DNA from: a virus
Taxonomy: Duplodnaviria > Heunggongvirae > Uroviricota > Caudoviricetes
IMG/VR virus record: IMGVR_UViG_2695420427_000010
Strand: one strand, 5' to 3'
DNA: 7,214 bases
Shown here: one piece after another, positions 1 to 6,250 of the stretch
How positions within the stretch are numbered: position 1 is the stretch's first letter
Layout of the letters: each line of letters begins with the position of its first letter
Notes under the pieces: generated by a model
What the model saw: the letters and a program-made list of their open reading frames with translations, nothing else
Told to the model about the DNA's origin: nothing
The model's database searches: none
Position numbers and translations under genes: made by a program

Positions 1-229
1 GCGGCGCTGGGCAACGACCCGAATTTTGCGACCACCATGACTAACGCGCTTGCGGGTAAGCAACCGAAAGATGCCACCCTGACGGCGCTGGCCGGACTTA
101 CTACTGCGGCAGGCAAGTTTCCGTATTTTACGGGGAATGATGTCGCCAGCCTGGCAACCCTGACAAAAGTCGGGCGGGATATTCTTGCGAAATCGACCGT
201 TGCCGCCGTTATCGAATACCTCGGTTTAC
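1..229. repeat. Inverted repeat copy 1 of the 3' end of the stf constant region, paired with 4236..4464
   Basis: Direct comparison: the reverse complement of 1..229 equals 4236..4464 except for one mismatch (204 C versus the equivalent of T at 4261, synonymous). Identity stops at 229/4236, inside the variable-side half of the crossover site. Confidence 0.9.
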
Positions 230-1122
230 AGGAAACGGTAAACAAGGCTGGTAACGCCGTTCAGCGTTCCGGCGATAAAATGACCGGAGAACTGAAAATT
301 GGCACGGTGAATGCGCTGCGAATTTTCAATGATACCTTCGGTCTAATTTTCCGTCGTTCAGAAGATTTTCTTCATTTCATTCCGACGGCTGAAGGACAAG
401 GCGAAAACGGTAATATCGGCCCATTAAGGCCATTCGCTATAAATCTGAGAACAGGTGCTATATCTGTCAGCCACGGGGCCAAAATTAAAGGAGGTCTAGC
501 TATTGGAGCTACTGATAACGCACTGGGTGAAAACTCCATTGTTCTGGGAGATAACGACACCGGATTTAGGCAAGATGGAGATGGTATTATTAGCTTCTAT
601 TCAAATGGTTCGCGCATCGGACATATTGATGAGTTAGGATTACATCTTTATAAAGATATTGAATCTAATGGCAGCAATTTTAGATTAAAAAGTAATTACC
701 GCCACCACATTACATTCGCCAACGAAGACGGAAGAATTCGTATGTTTTTGTGGAAAGATAACGGTGGTGATGGTGTTCATATTAATAACGGTTCAGATGG
801 TGGTGGTGATTTCATTTTTAAAACAGATGGGGGATTTGCGCTGGGAAGTGGTGCGCAAGTTGCGTCTAGTGGCGATATTTATGGTTCAGTGTGGGAAAAC
901 AACTGGTTAAGCACATGGCTGCATAATCATGTCGTTCGGGATATTCGTCTTGGCAGCATTGAATATAAAAACGTATGGCGCGACTACGGCTTTGGCGATG
1001 CGTCAGGTTATGTTTTAACAGCCGCAATTAACAGCAATGCGGATGATATTGTCGACACTGTTGCCAGAAGGCCAATTCAGAAATTGATTGGGGGAATATG
1101 GTACAACGTGGGGAGTGTTTAA
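1..1122 (+). CDS. stf: Side tail fibre protein, 3' portion: end of constant region (1..229) plus variable tip cassette C1 (230..1119). Partial, the reading frame is open from position 1 and the gene continues upstream of the window.
   Basis: Frame 1 is open from nt 1. The first 76 codons match the constant-region segment of the minus-strand stf ORF ([12 protein letters not shown]...AVIEYLGL). The downstream cassette carries tail-fibre-like motifs ([23 protein letters not shown]) and ends with TAA at 1120-1122, 1 nt before the tfa start. Confidence 0.85.
   Translation, partial: AALGNDPNFATTMTNALAGKQPKDATLTALAGLTTAAGKFPYFTGNDVASLATLTKVGRDILAKSTVAAVIEYLGLQETVNKAGNAVQRSGDKMTGELKIGTVNALRIFNDTFGLIFRRSEDFLHFIPTAEGQGENGNIGPLRPFAINLRTGAISVSHGAKIKGGLAIGATDNALGENSIVLGDNDTGFRQDGDGIISFYSNGSRIGHIDELGLHLYKDIESNGSNFRLKSNYRHHITFANEDGRIRMFLWKDNGGDGVHINNGSDGGGDFIFKTDGGFALGSGAQVASSGDIYGSVWENNWLSTWLHNHVVRDIRLGSIEYKNVWRDYGFGDASGYVLTAAINSNADDIVDTVARRPIQKLIGGIWYNVGSV
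209..234. other. Site B, gix/pix/hix-like 26-bp inversion crossover site (12-bp half-site, 2-bp core, 12-bp half-site) at the stf constant/variable junction
   Basis: TTATCGAATACC-TC-GGTTTACAGGAA. From memory, the Mu gix site is TTATCCAAAACC-TC-GGTTTACAGGAA; the right half matches exactly and the left half has 2 mismatches. The position at a tail-fibre constant/variable boundary is the classical one. Confidence 0.75.
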
Positions 1123-1123
1123 G

Positions 1124-1651
1124 ATGATGCACCTGAAAAATATTAAGGCCGGGAATCCGAAAACACCGGAACAATACCAGCTAACTAAAAAAGCGGGCGT
1201 GGTATGGCTCTTTTGCGAAGATGGCAAAAACTGGTATGAGGAACAAAAGAATTTTCAGCCAGACACCATAAAAATTGCTTACGATGAGAACAACATCATC
1301 GTTGCTGTCAGTAAAGACGTTTCAACTATTAATCCTGAAGGGCTAAGCATAGTTGAAGTTCCTGATATTACGGCAAATCGTCACGCAGACAATAACGGAA
1401 AATGGATGTTTCTGGATGGTAAAGTAGTAAAGAGGGAATATACAGAACAGGAACTGCAACAACAGGCCGAATCACAAAAGGCCGCATTGCTTTCCGAAGC
1501 TGAATCAGTCATCCAGCCGCTGGAACGCGCTGTCAGGCTGAATATGGCGACGGACGAGGAACGCACACGACTGGAAGCATGGGAACGCTACAGTGTTCTG
1601 GTCAGCCGTGTGGATACGGCAAATCCTGAATGGCCACAAAAGCCTGAATAA
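1124..1651 (+). CDS. tfa: Tail fibre assembly protein (Tfa chaperone) for cassette C1
   Basis: Product begins [21 protein letters not shown], the conserved Tfa N-terminus of lambda Tfa / Mu U type. GGGGAG ribosome-binding site 8 nt upstream. Starts 1 nt after the stf stop. Confidence 0.85.
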   Translation: MMHLKNIKAGNPKTPEQYQLTKKAGVVWLFCEDGKNWYEEQKNFQPDTIKIAYDENNIIVAVSKDVSTINPEGLSIVEVPDITANRHADNNGKWMFLDGKVVKREYTEQELQQQAESQKAALLSEAESVIQPLERAVRLNMATDEERTRLEAWERYSVLVSRVDTANPEWPQKPE

Positions 1652-1656
1652 AAATT

Positions 1657-1676
1657 AAGGCCCGATAGCGGGCCTT
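1657..1676. terminator. Candidate bidirectional intrinsic terminator between the convergent tfa genes
   Basis: Perfect 8-bp stem AAGGCCCG / CGGGCCTT with a 4-nt loop in the 28-bp gap between the Tfa1 stop (1649-1651) and the Tfa2 stop (1680-1682). The minus-strand transcript has a T-rich run after the stem; the plus-strand tail is weaker. Confidence 0.5.
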
Positions 1677-1679
1677 CTC

Positions 1680-2213
1680 TCATTCTGGTTGTTCGGGAAA
1701 CGTTACTGGCAGGCTGGAGGTGTCTGTGGATTCAACCTTCTGCGCATAGAGCATCCACTCGGTTAATTTTTGTTTATTCTCATCGGAAATGATGCCCAGC
1801 TGTAGCTGAGAGTCCCACAGCTGGGTTTTATCCCTGACGAGCTGCAGCAGGCTCTGCTTTTCATTTTCCGCTTGTTGCCTTTGCTCTTCCTCGGTATAAG
1901 TTCGCTTTATCACCGCACCATCTTTGAACATCCAGTTGCCCGAAATATCAGCCCGGCGATTTGCTGTAATATCAGGCAACTCAACGACACTTAAACCTTC
2001 TGGATTAATTGCTGATACATCCTTGTCTATAGCAATAATTATTCCCTCAACTGTGTAAGCCAGTTTTATTGTATCCTCCTGAAAGTTTTTTAATTCCTCA
2101 TGCCAATTTTTTCCATCTTCGGACCATAACCAGATAACATCAAAATTCTTTGTTAGCTGGTATTGTTCAACGGTTTTTGGATTACCTGCGACAATGTTTT
2201 TTAAATGCTGCAT
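1680..2213 (-). CDS. tfa: Tail fibre assembly protein (Tfa chaperone) for cassette C2
   Basis: Product begins [21 protein letters not shown] and is a paralogue of Tfa1 with a divergent C-terminal half. AGGT ribosome-binding site. Convergent with Tfa1. Confidence 0.85.
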   Translation of the reverse strand: MQHLKNIVAGNPKTVEQYQLTKNFDVIWLWSEDGKNWHEELKNFQEDTIKLAYTVEGIIIAIDKDVSAINPEGLSVVELPDITANRRADISGNWMFKDGAVIKRTYTEEEQRQQAENEKQSLLQLVRDKTQLWDSQLQLGIISDENKQKLTEWMLYAQKVESTDTSSLPVTFPEQPE

Positions 2214-2215
2214 GA

Positions 2216-3142
2216 TTATACCTGCGATACGTTATACCATGTTCCGTTAATTAACTTTTGTATTGGTCTGAATACTGCCGGATCATCACCATCGACTTCA
2301 CCGATAATACCAAGCCCCGTGATTACATGGCCTGATTTTTCATACATCACGCCTTTCTTCATGGTCTAAACAACTCGTGTGCCAAGTCTGACATCTCTCA
2401 CATAGCGGGAATCAAAGTTACCGTAATCCGAGGGATTAACACGTCCCGTAATATTTATGGTTTTATTACTTTGAATGCTTCCGGAGACAAAGCGCATAAC
2501 ATGGACGTTATTAGCATAAACATCCAGATTACCATCGCCTTTTTGTTTAAAGCCCGTGTCATTATCACCCAATACAATCGAATTACCGCCAAGAGCACTG
2601 GATGTTCCGATACCCAGTGCACCATTCAGTTGACCACCAGATAACGGCAGTGCACCAACATCTCCTGCTGAAGGTTTTCTGGTGGTGTAAAATTCGGACC
2701 AGTCGGCTTCAAAACCATAACCATCACGGGCTGAACGATAAAAAATACCGCCATTTTTATAATTAATCCGAAACTGAGCTGCAGGACAACTTCCTTCTCC
2801 CATATAAAAATGAATAATTAACGTTGATGCACCACTAATAGTTGCGTTATAGGCTCCGCTACTCCAGTTCCATCCAACTGCTTTATCATTCGCAACGGTG
2901 CTTCCTGTTTTCCCTAAGGCAAACGCACCAACATGACTTGCTTTTAATGTGATATCGGAGGAACCATCAAAAGCCACATTGCTTATTTTCCTGGCAGTTT
3001 TTAATTTTGCAGCTGTAGAAGCATTGCCGGATAGTTCACCAGAAAGGCCACCGCTGAATGTTTGTCGATTAGTCCAGGTATTCGCTGTACTGAGTAACGG
3101 TATTTTCTCCCCGCTTGTGCCGAGTTCTCGTAAACCGAGGTT
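2216..3142 (-). pseudogene. Alternative tail-fibre tip cassette C2 with no start codon of its own (would be expressed only when fused at site C), interrupted by a single in-frame amber codon at 2366-2368
   Basis: The frame is open from the codon after the site-C stop (3142) down to TAG at 2366-2368, then continues in the same frame for 49 codons (T, then MKKGVMYEKSGHV...[17 protein letters not shown]) to TAA at 2216-2218. The post-amber tail aligns with the last residues of cassette C1 ([18 protein letters not shown]), and VRDVRLG before the amber aligns with VRDIRLG in C1. Confidence 0.7.
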
Positions 3143-3150
3143 TTAGATAA
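3125..3150. other. Site C, gix/pix-like 26-bp crossover site immediately upstream of the invertase gene (gixR-equivalent position)
   Basis: TTCTCGTAAACC-GA-GGTTTTAGATAA, a near match to the recalled gix sequence TTCCTGTAAACCGAGGTTTTGGATAA. The reading frame through the site is the same as through site B, so recombination gives an in-frame const-C2 fusion. Confidence 0.75.
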
Positions 3151-3204
3151 TGGCGGTTTCTGGCCTGCATGGCATGATTTGTGCTTTTGGACGGGAGATT
3201 CAGC

Positions 3205-3531
3205 GTGCTGATTGGCTATGTAAGGGTATCAACAAATGACCAGAATACAGACCTGCAACGAAACGCTCTTGTTTGTGCAGGATATGAACAAATATTTGAA
3301 GATAAATTAAGCGGAACAAGGACAGGCCGACCTGGATTAAAACGTGCTTTAAAGCGCCTTCAAAAAGGTGACGCACTGGTTGTCTGAAAACTGGACTGAC
3401 TGGGTCACTGTATGCGGCATCTTGTCGTGCTGGTGGTGGAAGCCTAGAAAAAGTATCGGGTGTTGCTGAACCGTGTTGATACATCAACTGCACCTGATAT
3501 TGAGTGGCCTACGAACCCTGTCAGGGAGTAA
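3205..3531 (+). pseudogene. pin: Serine DNA invertase of the Pin/Gin/Hin/Cin family, inactivated: 60 N-terminal codons intact, then multiple stops and frame decay, 3' end missing
   Basis: GTG at 3205 with a GGGAG ribosome-binding site gives MLIGYVRVSTNDQNTDLQRNALVCAGYEQIFEDKLSGTRTGRPGLKRALKRLQKGDALVV, the recalled Pin/Gin N-terminus. TGA at 3385-3387 sits where the family has Trp (VVWKLDRLGRS); further stops follow at 3397-3399, 3445-3447 and 3529-3531. An intact gene of about 185 codons would run to about 3770, which is occupied by the convergent methyltransferase coding sequence. Confidence 0.8.
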
Positions 3532-3545
3532 TCATTGGGATTATG

Positions 3546-3578
3546 CCGCAGCACGTCTTAAGCAAGAACGTGCTGCGG
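3546..3578 (+). terminator. Strong hairpin between the invertase remnant and the stop codon of the stf-methyltransferase fusion; possible plus-strand terminator
   Basis: Perfect 11-bp stem CCGCAGCACGT / ACGTGCTGCGG with an 11-nt loop. On the plus strand it is followed by TTGGATGCTATTTTTT, an interrupted T-tract. There is no T-tract on the minus strand. Confidence 0.35.
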
Positions 3579-3585
3579 TTGGATG

Positions 3586-6099
3586 CTATTTTTTCCCTGA
3601 AGCGGAAAACATTACTACAGTACCTTGAACCCTGGTTTTAACATTCTCGAAATGCTCTGAGAGTATATGTGTTAAGCCTTCTTCGGAATCTTTTGTGTTT
3701 GAAAAGATGCCTTTCTGATTGTAAATGCGCATCAGTTTTTGACCGAAGCTATTGTGCACAACTCCATCGCCAAGAATTGTGGCTCCGTATAGAGTTCCAT
3801 CGTCAGTTAAGGCCTGCGCCGCATTGCGTATTACACAGCTTTTTGTAGATATATTTCCAGGCAGGCAGTGAAGAAGGTAAAACATGGAAATGGAATCAAA
3901 TTGACCATGTAACGCCGCGGGATAAGGTTCAAAAACATCATGGCTAATTTTATGTTTAATTTTTGATTCCCCAGCCCTTGTAGATGCCGCGTTCAGGCTA
4001 GCTTCGTTCAAATCCATTAAAGATATCAGACTACTCTCAGGTACGTGAGTAAGGTAAAACCCAGTTCCAACACCAATATCCAGATGGTTGTTACCTAAAT
4101 GTTCCAGAAAGTGTGGAAGAAGGTGTTCCTTTGTAGGACATCCCCATGCAAGCCGATTTGATACTCCCAAAACCCACCAGTCATAAAGCTTTAGGGTAAG
4201 TGGTGTGTAAATTTTAGCCCCATCATCTGTGTTTAGTAAACCGAGGTATTCGATAACGGCAGCAACGGTCGATTTCGCAAGAATATCCCGCCCGACTTTT
4301 GTCAGGGTTGCCAGGCTGGCGACATCATTCCCCGTAAAATACGGAAACTTGCCTGCCGCAGTAGTAAGTCCGGCCAGCGCCGTCAGGGTGGCATCTTTCG
4401 GTTGCTTACCCGCAAGCGCGTTAGTCATGGTGGTCGCAAAATTCGGGTCGTTGCCCAGCGCCGCAGCCAGCTCGTTCAGCGTGTTCAGTGCATCAGGTGA
4501 CGAATCTACAAGGGCGGCAATCGCAGCCATAACGAAAGCCGTGCTTGCGATTTGGGTATTATTCGTTCCCTGTCGCGCAGTTGGTGTTGTTGGCGTTCCG
4601 GTCAGTGCAGGACTATTTAAGGGCGCTTTCTTGTTCGTTTCACCCATTACCGCCTTAACCGCTTTTGGCGTTGCCGCCAGTGACTCGGAAGTGCTGTTGG
4701 TCGCACTGCTGAGCTGTACTATCCCCTTTTTCGTCGTGCTCGCATCCTCCAGCGCCACGGCGGATGCAATATCCTCTGCCCGTTTTGCTGCTGTCTCGGC
4801 GCGCGTTGCCGCGGATTCAGCAGCAACTTTGCTCTGAGATGCAGCCGTCGCACTGCCTGCCGCCTCTGATGCTTTCGTTGTTGCTGTCGTGGCACTACCT
4901 TTCGCTGCTGACGCTTGTCTGGTCGCCTCATCTTTTGAAGCAGACGCAGATGATGCCGATGACGCCGCTGAACTGGCTGACGATGCGGCTGCTGCCTTAG
5001 AGGAAGCAGCATTGTCTGCTGAAGTCTTTGCATTTGTTTCAGAGGTTTTTGCTGCAGAAGCAGACCTCGCTGCTGCAGTGGCTTGCTCAGTGGCTTTGCC
5101 AGCCTTCGTTGTGGCTGTTGAAGCGGATGATGCGGCGCTTTCTGCCGATTTTCCGGCGGCGGTGGCACTGGCTGAGGCCTGCCCGGCACTTGTTGACGCG
5201 GCACTGGCAGATAATGCAGCCGCTGTTTTTGAACCTGCCGCAGCTGAGGCGCTCTGTCCCGCTGCTGTTTCAGAAGACTTAGCGTTCGTCTCGGACGTTT
5301 TTGCCGCCTTCGCGGAATTTCCTGCCGCCGTTGCCGAGGAAGCTGCACTACTGGCACTTGATGATGCATTCGTTTCTGAAGATTTCGCTGCCTCTTTTGA
5401 GGCCGCCGCACCCCGTGCCGAGGTGGCAGCTTCTGACGCCTTCGTGGTCGCTGTGGATGCAGAAGTGGCTGCCGATTTTTGTGATGCTGCGGCATTCGTT
5501 TCTGACGTTTTCGCGGCACTGGCGCTGGTAGCTGCCGCGCTTTTTGATGACTCTGCAGCAGCACTTTTTGCTGCTTCACGGGCCTTTGTCGATGCCGTTC
5601 CTGCGCTGGAAGACGCTGACTGAGCCGACGACGCGGCCTGTCCGGCTGACGTGCTGGCGGCACGTGCTGAGGCTGCAGCATCGGTTGCATGAGTTGCCGC
5701 CTCGCTGGCTGATTTTTTCGCGGCTGCCGTATTCTGTGCAACCGCGGAGGCGTTACGTGACACCTCTTCCACCATCTGCTCAAAGCGGCGCAGTGCCTCC
5801 GGTCGGACATCATCCTCCGTCATGGCACCGAGAAAATCATTCAGCGTACCTGGTCTGGAACCTTCATAGACGGTAATGGTCCCGGCATGTGAAGGCGGAA
5901 AACCTTCAACCAGCAGGGTGACGCTGTACTGACCATGCTCAACATCCATGCTGTAACGTCCGGCTTCATCCGGATTTTCAGAGGCCACCGTGTTCACCAC
6001 CATCGTGCTGCTGGTTCGTCTGGCCTTCAGCACAATGGTGCAGTTCTGTACTGGTTTTCCTGTGCCATCTTTAAGCACGCCAGAAATTTTTACTGTCAT
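3586..6099 (-). CDS. stf: Side tail fibre protein Stf (lambda-like N-terminal and central constant region, 4237..6099) fused in frame at crossover site A to a C-terminal SAM-dependent methyltransferase-like domain
   Basis: 837-codon ORF with a GGTGGA ribosome-binding site. The N-terminus MTVKISGVLKDGTGKPVQNCTI...GFPPSHAGTITVYE is recognisably the lambda Stf N-terminus. A long Ala/Ser/Thr-rich repetitive shaft follows. The constant region ends ...AVIEYLGL at the site, then LNTDDGAKIY... runs into the methyltransferase motifs. Confidence 0.85.
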   Translation of the reverse strand: MTVKISGVLKDGTGKPVQNCTIVLKARRTSSTMVVNTVASENPDEAGRYSMDVEHGQYSVTLLVEGFPPSHAGTITVYEGSRPGTLNDFLGAMTEDDVRPEALRRFEQMVEEVSRNASAVAQNTAAAKKSASEAATHATDAAASARAASTSAGQAASSAQSASSSAGTASTKAREAAKSAAAESSKSAAATSASAAKTSETNAAASQKSAATSASTATTKASEAATSARGAAASKEAAKSSETNASSSASSAASSATAAGNSAKAAKTSETNAKSSETAAGQSASAAAGSKTAAALSASAASTSAGQASASATAAGKSAESAASSASTATTKAGKATEQATAAARSASAAKTSETNAKTSADNAASSKAAAASSASSAASSASSASASKDEATRQASAAKGSATTATTKASEAAGSATAASQSKVAAESAATRAETAAKRAEDIASAVALEDASTTKKGIVQLSSATNSTSESLAATPKAVKAVMGETNKKAPLNSPALTGTPTTPTARQGTNNTQIASTAFVMAAIAALVDSSPDALNTLNELAAALGNDPNFATTMTNALAGKQPKDATLTALAGLTTAAGKFPYFTGNDVASLATLTKVGRDILAKSTVAAVIEYLGLLNTDDGAKIYTPLTLKLYDWWVLGVSNRLAWGCPTKEHLLPHFLEHLGNNHLDIGVGTGFYLTHVPESSLISLMDLNEASLNAASTRAGESKIKHKISHDVFEPYPAALHGQFDSISMFYLLHCLPGNISTKSCVIRNAAQALTDDGTLYGATILGDGVVHNSFGQKLMRIYNQKGIFSNTKDSEEGLTHILSEHFENVKTRVQGTVVMFSASGKK
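3589..4236 (-). other. Class I (Rossmann-fold) SAM-dependent methyltransferase-like domain forming the C-terminus of the stf ORF
   Basis: Motif I HLDIGVGTGFY (about 4050..4080); an acidic post-I residue in LMDLNEASL; DVFEPYP and FDSISMFYLLHCLP resemble motifs II/III. No DPPY/NPPY motif and no PCQ motif, so it does not look like a DNA methyltransferase. No Met between the junction and motif I. Confidence 0.6.
4231..4256. other. Site A, gix/pix-like crossover site at the junction of the stf constant region and the methyltransferase domain
   Basis: GTTTAGTAAACC-GA-GGTATTCGATAA. The constant-side half-site is identical to that of site B (TTATCGAATACC on the coding strand) and the core is the same. 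The variable-side half keeps the inner GTAAACC but differs in the outer 5 positions. Confidence 0.7.
4236..4464. repeat. Inverted repeat copy 2 (3' end of the stf constant region on the minus strand), paired with 1..229
   Basis: See copy 1: 228/229 identity to the reverse complement of 1..229. Confidence 0.9.
4735..5770 (-). repeat. Low-complexity, internally repetitive Ala/Ser/Thr-rich shaft-coding region of stf (approximate bounds)
   Basis: Translation shows reiterated KTSETNA / SASAA / TATTKASEAA units. The GC-rich codon repetition produces long open frames on both strands (track ORFs 4719..5813 minus, 4889..5623 plus and others). Confidence 0.5.
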
Positions 6100-6100
6100 A

Positions 6101-6136
6101 CTTTTCCACCAATAAAAAAAGCCCGCAGCAGTGACG
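6101..6136 (-). terminator. Intrinsic terminator downstream of lom, immediately upstream of the stf ribosome-binding site
   Basis: Minus-strand RNA: stem AAGCCCG / CGGGCTT (7 bp, 14-nt loop) followed by TTTTTTTTAT, then GGTGGA and the stf ATG. Confidence 0.6.
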
Positions 6137-6250
6137 CCACGGGCTTCAGGACAGTGTAACTTTACGTTTCCTCAAACGCAGTTCACCCCATAAGGTGGAT
6201 GAACCTGCGTATCATAACAATATTTACAGAAGATAAATCGGCGTCTGTTG

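Larger units (their letters stand above)
221..3138. mobile_element. G-segment-like invertible tail-fibre segment bounded by sites B and C, carrying two convergent tip-plus-chaperone cassettes
   Basis: Sites B and C are inverted relative to each other with the same core dinucleotide. Content and layout (Sv-U / U'-Sv' followed by the invertase gene) match the Mu G, P1 C and e14 P segments from established knowledge. Confidence 0.6.

Noticed and set aside
1150-2190. gix-half-site-like strings in the 5' ends of both tfa genes (1150..1175 and 2159..2184)
   Set aside because: They encode the conserved Tfa N-terminus (GNPKT...) and have one half-site-like arm only, with no inverted partner. The similarity is explained by the coding sequence.
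2366-2977. Track ORF 2366..2977 read as an independent gene starting at GTG 2975-2977
   Set aside because: The frame is open upstream to the site-C stop at 3143-3145 with no ribosome-binding site at the internal GTG. It is the 3' part of a start-less cassette (2216..3142) meant to be expressed as a fusion.
3151-3204. Promoter for the invertase gene in the gap between site C and the GTG start
   Set aside because: No convincing -35/-10 pair could be identified by eye, so it is not reported as a feature. By analogy with gin the promoter may overlap the site.
372-3493. Short antisense or overlapping ORFs (372..560 minus, 1015..1227 minus, 1381..1566 minus, 2949..3146 plus, 3200..3493 minus) and 5935..6159 plus
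   Set aside because: Each is embedded in, or antisense to, a well-supported gene (stf C1, tfa1, C2, the invertase remnant, the stf start region) and lacks start context or homology. 2949..3146 runs across crossover site C.
3620-3645. Fourth gix-like element GTACCTTGAACC-CT-GGTTTTAACATT inside the methyltransferase coding sequence
   Set aside because: Only about 7/12 and 8/12 half-site matches, and the core dinucleotide is CT rather than the TC/GA shared by sites A, B and C, which should block strand exchange. Probably a chance resemblance.
4229-5876. Long ORFs overlapping stf on both strands (4229..4837 plus, 4719..5813 minus, 4764..5000 plus, 4889..5623 plus, 5028..5282 plus, 5301..5531 plus, 5544..5876 plus)
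   Set aside because: They lie inside the GC-rich repetitive shaft-coding region of stf. Their translations are low-complexity (Arg/Pro/Gln-rich or Ala/Asp-rich) with no ribosome-binding sites or recognisable domains, typical shadow frames of a repetitive gene.
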